Assembly (NCBI RefSeq): GCF_000181795.1
Contig: NW_003526943.1
Coordinates: 10,322,253 to 10,384,460, forward strand
Direction: 5' to 3'
DNA length: 62,208 nucleotides
Source: Trichinella spiralis
Taxonomy: Eukaryota
The position numbers were made by a program, and so were the translations under genes. The notes beneath the pieces were generated by a model. That model was given only the letters and a program-made list of their open reading frames with translations. It was not told the origin of the DNA and searched no databases. Shown one piece after another: positions 1-16,098 of this stretch. Position 1 is the first letter of the stretch; each line of letters begins with the position of its first letter.

Positions 1-1237
1 AAGTCCCTGAATCCTCTGAACATTCGGAAGTTTCAGAAAATTCTGAAGTCTCTGACATTCTGAAATCTGTAAACATTCCAAAGAATTGAACATTCTGAAA
101 GTCACTGAATGCTCTGAACATTCTGAAGTCTCTAAATTTTCTGAAGTCTCTGGACATTCTGAAATCTCTAAACATTCCAAAGAATTTGAACATTCTGAAG
201 TCACTGAATCCTCTGAAATCTTTGAAGTCTCTTGACATTCTGAAATCTCTGAACATTCTGAAGTTTCTAAATTTTCTGAACCCTCTGAAGATAAATCATC
301 ATGAAATAGAATGCGCTCCACTTCAGCAGCAGTTGTTGATAAACTTCCAGTTTGTGATGTAAATTCATCAGCAGTGGGCATATCTTCTGAACTTGAAGAC
401 ACAATTGGAACAAAGTGCGTTGCCGGTGTTATGGGTACGGCTCCGAACCGTACATTTGGTGCACACGTGCACCTCTTAAACAAACAAACAGATGATTAAA
501 AAACAAAATGTTGACTAACATCATTTACCCATGGCGAAAAGCTAAATGAAACTTCCTCATGCTGCTGTTGTTGTTGCTGCTGCTGTTGAGAATGCTGTTG
601 CTGCTGTTGATGATGCTGTTGCTGTTGCAATAATGGTCCTGACATTTCTGTACTTACAGACCTGCTTTCTCTCACATTTCTTGTATGCATTCCCATACGG
701 CGCGAACATTCCTGCAAATATTGCAATCAAGTACTTTACAATGCAATTCCATCAAATCATTAAATACTGTGACAGCAGTTTCCAAAATAGTATCATATGC
801 CCGCTGCAAGTCTTCTCGACTCAAATAGATGATATTTCCGTTGTGATCTACACACAAAATTCTTTCATTGTTTGGATTTGACATTGTTGTAGAAGAGATA
901 ACAGCTGCAAAAAATACAACATTAAAATTAGCAAACAAAAGTAAAAAAAATTACCACACGCTTTATCACACTAAGCAAGTCTAGGAGATGACACTTAATC
1001 TACGGATAGTCATCAATAGCAAGCATCACAGAAGCAGCAGCAACTAACAAACAAACAGAAGGCTTCGTCGTATCTGAAAATGGAAAAATGGTTAGTCGTT
1101 TGAAAAACAAATTTATATATCACAGCATGCTGACCGCATTGCATTCAATGAGGATTAACCTACATATTTGAATCAGATATTTTTTAGTTCCAGTGCACTG
1201 TATTTTCAAACAATGCATAAGAAAACAAATAGAGAAA
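1..1237 (-). repeat. Copy 1 (partial) of the polyQ/Ser-Glu-repeat gene cassette
   Basis: 311-1237 is nearly identical to 41848-42774 (offset 41537). 1-310 is a differently arranged 9-bp TCTGAA-type array. Bounded by the window start and the N-gap at 1238. Confidence 0.9.
672..884 (-). CDS. Cassette ORF1 copy 1, 70-aa peptide MSNPNNERIL...HCKVLDCNIC...CIQEM
   Basis: ATG follows a ttttgcag acceptor. Intact in both copies with one V/I difference. Confidence 0.5.
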   Translation of the reverse strand: MSNPNNERILCVDHNGNIIYLSREDLQRAYDTILETAVTVFNDLMELHCKVLDCNICRNVRAVWECIQEM

Positions 1238-2821
1238 NNNNNNNNNNGTATGAACGCGTAATATTAAATTTATTGCATGTTAATTTTTTCCTTAAATTAT
1301 ATCTGACAAAAAGTATCTCAAAAATTTAGTTCTTATTTTACATTTAAATCATTACTTTTGTTTACGTCAAAAGCATTAGAGAGTGATTAAAAATCTGGGT
1401 ATTTTTTTGCTAAATTTTACATAAAAAAATACACATTATTTATTTATTCTTTGTCATGTCTCATTATTTTTTATCGGTCCTTATTTAGAAATTGTATTTT
1501 GTTCAGGATTTTGACTATGGCTGAGCATACTGCACAAAGCAAGCTGAAACTGCAAAGTTACAGTCTACTAAATTTGTGAGTCAGTCAGATCAGACTGGAC
1601 CATAGAAGTCGGCGCGGTAAGCACACGCGTTTAGCATACCGAGAGCCAGCTACCAAATATAATTATCAACACATATATTTATTTATATTTGATAAATCTC
1701 AAATTTTCATTTGCTGCATTCATTTTATTCTAAAGTAAATTATATAACCGAAAAATAATTTAAAATAAAAAACAAATTCATATAATGTGCACATCAGTTA
1801 AGATGTGCTATCGTATACACAAATAACAACTGACAGAAACAAACGTCAGAATAATAAACAAGTAATGATAAATAGCAAATTAGGAAATGCGGGTATTATC
1901 AATGAATTGGAGCAAATCAATAAAAATGTCTGCGACCGCTCAGTAAGTAGCAGTTATTTACATGCTTAAATTATGCCGATAGAGATAAGATACAGGAAGC
2001 TCTTTGTCCCATACTGGCAATAATAATAAAGCTTTCTAGATTAACTAAAAATATGTTCACTTGCATGATTTGTTAATTCTTTCAAACATATATTTTAACA
2101 TTTTTATTATTTAATCATGCGTAACATTTTGAAATGATAATATTGATTGATAAGAATTGTTGACAATTACAACATGATTTTCTTTTGTACTGTAGCACAC
2201 TGTCATGCTGCAGCTGTGGAAATCATCGAACAGCGATTAAATTGTGAGTATTTTAATATTTTTAATGAACTTAATTTTTTAAATTGTAATGTAATTATGC
2301 ATGCTACTGTATTTTTTGGATTATGTGATAAATAAAAATCGATTTTGCAGTAGAATGTTAAAATAAGTTAGAAAGTAAGTAGTTTTAATTTTTTGAGAAG
2401 TATAATATGTGATTACTTCAATAACGAAATTTTGTTCATAAGAATAGCGGATTTAAAATAAAGTTATATTGTATCAAACAAGTTGAATAGGAAATATTTT
2501 TAGTTATTATTGGAAGTGTGGTTAGGTAGTGGGATGAATTTCCTAAGTTATAAAACGTGTGTTAATTAGTTTAAAGTTTTGAATTTAAGTTAGAATCGAT
2601 GTTGACTATAATTTTAAGTTTAAAATTTGCATTTGTTTTAAATTTTATTATCAATTGTTTATTATTCATTGTAAAATGAATTTTTCATTTAACTGCATAA
2701 TAGTTTTATGAGTAAGTTGCTTTGTTAATGGATATGACAGATGAGAAATTTTCCATGCGGTACCATGTTAAAATTTCATATTTTTGTTTTAGTTCATTGC
2801 AGTGTCGTTTGAAGTGAAACA

Positions 2822-5079
2822 ATGAATGTTTCCTTCTCAGGATGTGGTTTCCTCGGTATCTACCATATTGGAGTGGCATCTGCGTTACAAAAATATGCTC
2901 CAGACTTTTTACTGAACAAAATTGGTGGTGCATCTGGTGGAGGCATTGCAGCCTGTGCATTGATCTGCAACATTTGTTTGGGTATGTTGTTTTTTTGTTT
3001 GTTAGGATGGTTTATAATACAAATCGACGTGAGATTTTTAAATTATGTGTGAATGAATTTCAAATGAAAAAAGCTTTTTTTCATTACATTATTCAGGACA
3101 AGCTACTAGTGTTGTACTGAAAGTGGCGATCAAAGCTCGAAAGAATGCGTTGGGTCCGTTGCATCCGTCGTTCAGTTTGAATAACATTGTTCGAGAAGGT
3201 TTGATGAACTCATTGCCAGACGATGCACACAAAATTGCCAGTGGTCGATTGCACCTTTCGCTAACACGTTTGTCGGATGGACGTAACGTGATGGTCTCAC
3301 AGTTCCATTCCAAGGAAGATCTGGTCGATGCTTTGGTTTGCAGTGCATTTATTCCATTTTACTCTGGCACGAAAGCTCCGAAATTTCGAGGAGAAGTTGG
3401 AAATTCTTTTTGCATTTTGTTGTATAATGCAAGCGAATGCATTTGTATTTTTTTTTAAAACAGAAATACATTGACGGTGGATGGTCTGACAATTTACCTA
3501 TATTGGGCGAGAATACCATTACCGTCAGTCCATTCTCGGGTGAAGCGGACATTTGTCCGGTGGATGCAGATTCGGAATCATTTTTGAATTTCAATTTTAA
3601 AAACACCAGCATTCGTTTTACAAGCAGAAACATGTATCGTATTGCAGTTGCACTTTTTCCTCCTCACCCAGAAGTGATGTCAGATATGTGTCAACAAGGA
3701 TTTGAAGATACCCTTCGCTTTTTGGCATCTCACAGTAATTATGGAATAGCACCATAGGAGAAGTTTCGAAGCAAGATTTTCTGTTTCAGATTTGTTCCAT
3801 TGTGCGCATTGCATTGCTGTTCGCTCCTGTGTTTTCATGAAAGATGAACAACAGCGCAACAGTGAAGAGGGCAGCACAGAGCGCGGGCGAGTATTGCCGA
3901 GGCGTGTTTCCATTACGATGAACCCTGATCATCGGCCAATAGAGTTCGATTGCAAACGTTGCAAAGATACCGCCGCCAGGGCTCCTCGCAAGGGTCTGCC
4001 AGATGTCATCAGAGCTTGTAAAATTGGCTTTGCTTTTCAAAATTTCCTCATTTCATTAATGCATTTTGCATATTTTCAATTTAGCGTTCAGCGAAGCAAT
4101 TGCGTACGAAAATTCCATTTTGCGATACTTCTTTTATAGTCGACCTGTTACTCTGTTGAGAATTTTATCTTTACCGTGGATGTTGCCGCTTGATCTCAGT
4201 TTTCTGATGATGAAAAAGTAATTGTATAATTAATTCGCTTTATAAGTTTAAAAATTTTTACAAAATTGAAGTTCCATTTCAGATTATTTGTCGGTGTACC
4301 ATCGCAAATGATTAGGGCAACCAAAGATGTAATGCAGTTTATTTTCAATCAAGTTGACATACAGAATCGTTTCTACGGGCCAAGGTTTTATTATTTTATT
4401 ATTAATTTTTTTTCCAATTTTACATTTTTCTACATTTTCAGTTTCAAATGTAGCTTGAATGTGAAAGATTTGAGCTACTCGACATTTTCTGCGGACGTTG
4501 CGAGCAATTTTGATGCGTTGCAGGTTCATCGCAATTTCAGTTTGCCAACTGCGTCCACTGAAAACAATCAATATTTGATGAGAGAAATGAAATTCGATTT
4601 TTTGGTCGATGGTGACGATATACCGAAAAATGAGACAACGCAAAAAATTTCAAATATCATTACAAATGACGATTTGGAAGATAGTATGCAGTTGTCTTCT
4701 GATTCGGTTGGCAAGGCTGTGGAAGAGTTGGAATGGGAACGTTTACAGCAAGCATCTATCTTTAAGGAAGGTATGAATGTGTCGGATGGTTCGGCAGTGT
4801 CTGGTGTGAAATTGAATCTTTGTCATGAATTTTGACTCATTCCATCAGAGTATATTATTTAGATTCTGAAAATGTTGGCTCACTTGACGAGGTGTTGGAC
4901 TATGCAAGGAAGCATGACGCGCTGATGGCTTTTTATTATTTGGATGAGCAAAATCTTTTGAAAGTGAGGGAATTTTTTCAGCTTGAAGAAAGCTCATCAA
5001 GTAAAGAGATGCAAGGTGAGCAAAATGTATGAAATTTGGAACAAGTTTACAGAATTTTTAATATATTATAGATTTATAA
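2822..5079 (+). CDS. atgl-1: Patatin-like triacylglycerol lipase (ATGL/PNPLA2/brummer-like), multi-exon
   Basis: [19 protein letters not shown] nucleophile motif, DGG motif ([12 protein letters not shown]), [10 protein letters not shown]. In-frame GT-AG introns (e.g. 2982-3096). 3' end read as ...MQ G|AT TTA TAA. Confidence 0.9.
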
Positions 5080-5720
5080 CTTTTGCAAGAGTAGGACGAA
5101 AGAATTCCAACGCCATTTCAAATGCGTTCTCAATTCAAGCAGTATTAACCGTTTTTCATTGTTTTCAATGTACTGCTTTTGTGATATCGTTATTTAGCAT
5201 TCATTGTGTTAAATTATTTTTCAACTTTTTAAATTTTATGTAGTCTGTTTTATTTTTGTTTATCAGTTTTTAAAGCCGTTTATTTTATTTTCCATGCTGT
5301 TGAAGTGATGAAAGTGCTGTCTGTTCATGTTATTTTAATGGAAATCAGTTGAAATAAAGTATGGTGATTCAGAAAAGAGCTCTTGTTGAAGTTTATTGTG
5401 TTTTATTTAGCTTTTTTCTGTTAATTTTTCAGAAAAATGTTTTTCAGTGATGCATCTGTACCTAGAAGTTTGCAAGAAAAGTATAGTGCAGATAATGTTC
5501 TTTTATTTATTAAAAATAATGTTTTTTTACTGAAAAGAAGTGCAAAAATAATCGTATTAGCACTGATTTAAGCATTTTTGTTGAATTAAATGTGAGAATA
5601 GCTATCTGTGCGCATTTAGGCAAAAAAATATATGCATATTTTGCTGTTTATGCTGAAGAAGAAGCATACTGTCAGCGTAAGGTATAATCACTGATTGAAA
5701 ATTGTTCAACTGCATGCAAA

Positions 5721-8133
5721 TCAGATGATCAAGTATGAAATGAAAAATAATATATATATGGTGAGAATCAAAAAGAAAATTGCCCGACGCATGACAAATG
5801 CCTGGTCGAGTGGAGCCGTGTTTTCAGAAGTTTGCGTATCAGCCGTTTCCGCGGCTCTGGTTGATTGTAAGAGACTGACGTAACCATCCCCTGGACGATT
5901 CAGACGAACTCCTTTCCATGAGAATAGGGCAGATTTTTTGGCCAAAGAAATCAACGGTGTAAATGCTTTGTTCTGCATGGATACGACGCGTTCATTTTCG
6001 AAAGTGATGTGCAGCAGTAGGATGAAGCCGGAAATGATGAAATTCAACGCATTGGCAACAGCTAAAATTATAGGGATTGTGTTTATTTTTGGATACACTG
6101 AGAAAATGAGAAAATTTTATACCAATCTTAGGTGTGCGACCAGCAGCTGGTGGCAGTTGCTTCAAAATGCCCCAAGAGAAAAACGCTTGACCAAACAAGG
6201 ATACCAAGCTCAAGGCTATGGCGTGTGTGTTGTCTTCTGTCCAAAAGGCGAATAAGTTTAGCAAAGCGAAAAGAACATTTGGCAGCGTGTCAACCAAATA
6301 AAAGTACGGTCGAGAACGTTTTATGTGAAAATCTAATATCATTGCCGTCCACATATTTTTTAAATTGTCCATCTTTGGCGATTCAGTCACATATCCGTTC
6401 GGACTCCAGTACACTCTGCGATGAGTTACATTCAGTAATTTCCAACCTGCAGTTGTTTGTCCGGAATTGTAACTCAGGAATGATGCATCTACTCCACTCT
6501 GAAATTTAAATTTTTTAATTTCTGATTTACTTATTTCTGTATTTATTTTCTTGTACTTTGAAATATTTTTGTCTGATTTTACAATGAATAACAATTTTAA
6601 TATTTACTTATTTAGTAAATTTATCCTAATTGTTCAAAAAAATGTAATTGTTAATTAATTAAAAATTTATAAATGCTATTAAGCAAAAATATTTTCTGCA
6701 ATTAATAAACGATACCTTGGCAAGCGCAAAATCTGACCAATCCCAGTCGATTTCAGTCGCGTCGTACATCCATGCAGACATGACAGCTTGGCATTTTTGC
6801 TCATCTACTGGAAAATGATGGAAGTCAAATTTACAGGAGAATGAAAATCGAAAATCTTGAGTTGATTGCAATGTTCCATTGGAATGCAACAGCAGAGGAT
6901 ATCTGCCGTAAGAAAGAGAAGCCTCTTGACTTTTAGCTCTGAAAATACCTATCACTTAAAGAATTTCCAATAGTTATATTTCGGAAATAAATTCACAGTG
7001 TTGCATTGCAAATGCAGAATCTCAATCAAATGCTAACCATTTATTTAAATTTAGCAACAAAGTATAAAGTAAGCGTTTAAATAGTGCATTCTTTTGAACA
7101 ATTTCTAACTTACGAATTAAAAACTGTTAAATCTGGCTGCCACACAGTCCAAGATTCAACCAAAATGCTGGAACTTTTGTTATACACGGTAGCATTCCAC
7201 GAAAGTCTCTCATCTGTCCAGCTCTATTTAAAAAAGAATAAAAGAAAAAGATATGCTCTTCAGAGTTATTTCTTTTTTCTCATCCAAGAAAAAATGTTCA
7301 CTACTGATGCTTTACTGTTGGCAGCTAAATACCCTTATCATAAAATATAATTTTCACATAGTGAATAAACAATGAACAGTTTAACTTTTACAATAATTTG
7401 ACTTGGACAAATAAAAAACTGCGTTATTTAAATTTTAGCAATATTACTGATTTATTTTGTCATTTCATTATTTTAGCGAAGTATTATCTCATTAGATTTA
7501 AACTTTATTTTACACTGAGATAAATTCTCCGCAAATAGTAAATGTTTTATAACATAAAAAAATCTAATCTCAAATAAAAGCTTTTGCATTTTTGTGTAAT
7601 AAACAGCATTAGAATCGTATTGCATTTAATTTTAACCAGCATAACCATTTTGCTTGAAATGAAACTCAATTTATCTACAAATTAAAGATATTTTTTTGAA
7701 TAAGTTATACGCCTGACTTGATTATTATTATTTAATAATATCATTCAACTTCACAACTTAAAAATTAGAAACTTACCAGTATTACAACAGCATTGACAGA
7801 CATGGTTTGTTGCACATCATCCTAAAAATTTAGACAGCTTTTAAATTGAATGAAGGAAATCATTGAAGAAAACAAAGATCGTACAACTTCTCGAATACGC
7901 TTTACATGAACAGCCATTTTTACCAATGTTTTGTAGCTTTTGACTGATGTCGGCCGTAGTTTACGATTATACTTCCTCAAGAGTTGTTTTTCGAGTTGAA
8001 ATCTGGTTAAACTACTGTCAGTTGTTTCGATTGAAAAATCTAAATTAAATGCATAATTGAAAAAAAAGATTTAAATCATAACTTGTATACATATTAAAAT
8101 GGCCGTGAGATGAACAAGCGACGCAAATTTCAT
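5721..8133 (-). CDS. Cys-loop ligand-gated ion channel subunit (divergent, non-alpha nAChR/lgc-like), multi-exon
   Basis: Signal peptide MKFASLVHLTAIL, YNRKLRP, WQPDLTVFNS, Cys-loop CKFDFHHFPVDEQKC, WMYD, four hydrophobic TM segments. Confidence 0.85.
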
Positions 8134-10602
8134 GCTGAATTACTTTTCATCACAGACGAATGTTTGTTTGATTGAAAGCTGTTAATTCTGCTCTATATTA
8201 TCAATTTTATAATCAATCTACATTATCTCTCAGATTAAATTTCAAACGGATGGCACGTTGGAAAAATATTTTACGGTATCAGTTTCACAGCATAAAATTA
8301 TGGAGTGAAATTACACACACACACACGCATAAATGTCATGACTTAACATTGGCTTTTCAAGTAATCAGTTATTAAATACATTATTAGAAATTACTTTCTA
8401 GTAATACAAAAACATCGTAACTGGAATTTGCTAAGTGGCTGATGAGAAGTGGTTTTAAAGGCATCATTAATGACAAAAAACATAAAACTTAAGATGAATA
8501 ACTTGTAAAGTGTTAAAATTAAACAATGATTAACTCGAGATTTTGAAATTTAAACTTGCATGATGTATGATAATGAGCAAAAATGCACATGAAATAGTCA
8601 TAAACTATAAATAACCATTATAATTTTATGTTATCACTTACTGAACATTTAAAATTTAAGGTTAACGATTTTAATTTATTATTTGCATTTTTGCATCAAA
8701 AAGAAATTATTTTAAATTATTTCAGTTAAAAGTAAATTCACATCACTGCATCTTCTTTTCCAAAACATAACTGTAAATTCTTTAACCAGTGAGAAAATTT
8801 GTTTTAAGATATTATGTTTTAAGATAATATCTGTATTAAGACACATAATTTTCCAGTATTGCTTATTATTGCTTCTGCATTCCAGCAAACAATGAACGAA
8901 ATGTTTGAAACAGTGCAGCCATTTTTTTTCTGCTCAATTGCACAGTAATAATTAATTTGCAGTAATGAGCATGCTCTTTTATTTTACTGAAAGTACATTT
9001 ATTTACATTTATAATGAGCATGCCGTTTTATCTGACAGCAATTTATTTTACAGCCTTTCGCTTTGTAGTTAGTAGTAGAGTCGATGATAGAGCTTTCTTT
9101 CGATTAAATGACAAACAAATAAATTCTGGACACATTACGTTGAAACAACTCCAATATCCCATCATCTAAATGTTGGATAATACACACCGTACAGTATACT
9201 TCTATTACTTGGCACAACAGTCAGCGCGTTCGTTGAACTCACAAAACATTTAACACAATCATTTAGTAAAGCATTCATTTAGAATTCAGCATTTAGAATA
9301 TAAATTTCTGCCACAAGTGAGCAAATTTTGAGTTCACAACATAGCAAAGCTAACAAAATTTGAAATCTGGATAAAGCCTGTAGGCAATTAATAGGCATCT
9401 GGGTATTGAAAATTGCCTTTCTCCCATTGCCCATCAGAGTGCTTACTATCACATAAATGTAGTGCATAAATTGGTTAGTGAAGTTGTTTCTGAAAGCAAA
9501 AGAAAAGAACAAATTGTTTGCTATTAATTTATCAATCAGTTTTTTAGTTTTTCTCAGGAACGACTTGTAGGAAACTGCAACAGCCACACCTTCCAGCGTA
9601 ATGCTAAAAGGTTGTTACTCTTGAGTAGCTAAAATTTATTAGTGATATTGAGATATAATAGGATTTTGAAGAAAGGGTGATATATTTCCATTAACGAATA
9701 AATTAAAAAGTTTATTTGAGAATCTTAGTAAATTCTAATATTTATTATATATTTTATTGTTGGTAATCATAATGGTATCAGAACAATACAGATGCATTTA
9801 TAAAGTCACTTTTTGAATTTGATCCACGTGTATATGTAAGAAACTTTTTGTATACATGAAACGAAATTTATTCCGTAAAAGAATAATGATAAAAAATCTT
9901 ACTCTGCTATTAATTGCTTATCACACTTTAAATACTCTCCTTTAAAACTTTATTTAATTAATGCACACAAGGGAGTGACGATAAGTTCAAAGCAAATGGC
10001 ATCTCTGTAAAAATTAGTTATTACAAGTTAAAATGTTTGAGTATCATGTAAGCATAATTACATATTATATAATTTATATAAATATAAATTAAAATTAAGG
10101 TAATGAAAATAAATAAAATAAAATTTCTGAATAAACAATATTCATTGGGTTATGTTCAGCAGGCAACTCATTCTCTTCTCCTCTGAGTCATTCCCTATTA
10201 AGCAATATTTAATTTTATAAATTCAAACAGTGAAACATGCAGAACAGCTGAGGCTAAAAGGTCACCATTTACCAAATTTCCAACAAACAAATGCCTTATT
10301 ATCAGATTATCATACTGTAATAATTGCTGTACTGACCCATAAGTGAAATGAGTTATTTTTGCAAAGTCGACCTAACTAATTGCTGAATACTAAAAAACTG
10401 ATAAGCAAAAGTTTAAAGCGTGTTAGCATTCCCACAATGACAACGAATAGCAGCTAACTGATCTACTAATCTATGCAGTTTTGTGAATACTGTAGAAGTG
10501 TTCATTGTAAGATGACCTGATTGTCTTTTGCCATATTTAAAGTACAACAAAATAACAAAGACTTATTTGGTAGCTGCTGCAGCAACGCGTTGTGTGCTCA
10601 AA

Positions 10603-11582
10603 ATGCGTGACGATGAAAGAAACAGGTAAGTAATTTCGATTAAAGTTTAATATTCTTCTAACTTTTATTTTTTTGAAGAAGTTTAAGAAACCTTAATGAC
10701 AGAGAGTTGGATTATGGTTGGCTCTACTGTATGCTGAATAAGATTTTCAACAACAAATCGCTTTCTCAGGATGAGATGAGCATTCTACTCGATTACACAT
10801 ATGGTGCGTTGAGCAACGAAAAAGCTTTACTGAAGTTGAAACCACCATTACTCATTTGTGGTGATATTCATGGACAGTATTACGATTTGGTTCGGATGTT
10901 TGAAAAGTGTGGTTGGCCACCAAAGAAACGATATCTATTTTTGGGTGACTATGTAGATCGTGGGGCAACCAGCACTGAAGTGATAACAATGTTGTTCTTG
11001 TTTAAAGTATTGTATCCGAATGATTTTTTTCTACTTCGCGGCAATCATGAATGCGAAGTAATGAACAAGAAATTTGGTTTTTACAAAGAATGCTTAAACA
11101 AGCATTCAGTAGTGCTGTTTCAAAAGATTCAGTTGGTATTTGACTGGTTGCCAGCTGCAGCAATAGTGTCGGATAAAATATTTTGCGTCCACGGTGGTCC
11201 AACACCAGCGCTTAATAGAATAGATTTTATAGATAAAAGTATTCAACGTCCAACATCCGTTCAGAGTTGTACACTGTTGAATGATATGCTGTGGTCAGAT
11301 CCAGTGAATAAGAATTGTTGGTATAAGCCTAGGAAACGACGTGCTGGATATTCGTTTGGTGGATCAGCAATAAAAGACTTTTGCAAATTCTTGAATATTG
11401 ATTTGGTTGTTCGAGCGCATGAAAATTTCAAAGAAGGATTCAGATTTTTTGGTAACAAAAAATTGATTACGGTTTCCAGCATACCCAATTACTGTGGACA
11501 TGAAAATGCTTCTGCTGTGCTCCAGGTGGATGAAAATTTGCGCTGCACTATTTTGCAGTTTTTTCCAATCCTTAATAGATAA
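10603..11582 (+). CDS. Ser/Thr protein phosphatase, PP1-like (PPP family); two exons 10603-10625 and 10679-11582
   Basis: GDIHG, GDYVDRG, RGNHE, HGG, WSDP, RAHE and SIPNYC motifs. The short first exon splices in frame. Confidence 0.92.
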
Positions 11583-12801
11583 CCTGTTGACATTTCATGA
11601 ATAAGTTTTAAGTTTGGATAATCGATTTATAGATGTGATATTTTGTATAATAAAGTTGCTTTACATTATTTCATAGTTTTATTATGATCTCAACAGTAAA
11701 GTGTTTTGCATTAAATGAATGTCAATATTACATGTAACTTGTGAAATACTTAGTTGTTCGATTTCCTTCAATTATACAATTATTTTTTATCGATTAATGC
11801 TTTTTAAGCTTTTTCCCAATTATTCCAAAAAGTAGATTCGCGTGTTTTATAACTGCACTGAGATAACAGTTTTATTTTCTCAGACAAGCCTTTGTCATCA
11901 GAATATTTCATTCATTTCCCTGTTCCATGCATATAAACAATGTATTATTGTCACAAGATTTACAAAAGCCCATTAAAGCTATCCTATCGACAGCTCGACA
12001 CGACTTATAATGGAAACAATTTAAAATAACATTTGCTTTATTGTTTTCTGTTGTAGTTCTCGGTGTTGGCTGTTTGCGAAAACATCCATAAACTGTAAGC
12101 ATTTACGTTTCAATGTGATTGTCTTCATTTCACTCAATTTCTGACAAATTTCTTCTGCATGTGAATATTTCGAAAAATACTTTGTTTCATCAATGCCTTT
12201 TTCTTCTCAAACATCTCACAATTATTTTGCATCCCAACATATGCACATATAGGAATGCATCAGAATTAAAATTCAAGTTTCTTATTTTTTAAGGTAAAAA
12301 ATCGTTATTATAAAAATTGTGATCATTGGTTTATTCTTACATATATATAAGGTCCAGGTCCTCGTTGAGCAACTGCCGCCATTTCGTAGAGCATATTCGT
12401 TAAAAAAATACGATTCAATATGAATAATAATAATAGTGAACGTTTTGTTAGGAATTTACTAGTCGCACCAGAATAAAATTAAAAAAAGAAGAAAAATAAA
12501 ACAACCAACCAACTGTTGAAGTTTTTTTTAAAATGAATATTCTGTCCTTTTTTACTTCCTTTTCTTAACTTTTGCCTCATCCATCCAAAAAACCAACATT
12601 ATTTTTTGGAATTTTTTTAAAACCGCAACTTTCAAAGCTTATTCCACACATACACAGAGGATGTTGTTGTTACTTTGATGTGAGAATAAATTATATAAAC
12701 ACGCATGTGAATGCGAAAATCAATCACATATAAGAAGCTGTAGCAGGTTTGTTTCACCGGAGAGTGAAACATTTTTTCTTCTTTTTCTTCTCCTTCTTCG
12801 A

Positions 12802-16098
<3,297 letters not shown>

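Noticed and set aside
1..310. CRISPR-like periodicity in the TCTGAA arrays
   Set aside because: Contiguous degenerate 9-bp units without unique spacers, in eukaryotic DNA.
3790..3970. Paired CxxC motifs (CAHC...CKRC) after the patatin domain as a novel zinc site
   Set aside because: To my knowledge similar motifs occur in invertebrate ATGL/brummer proteins, so this is probably not new.
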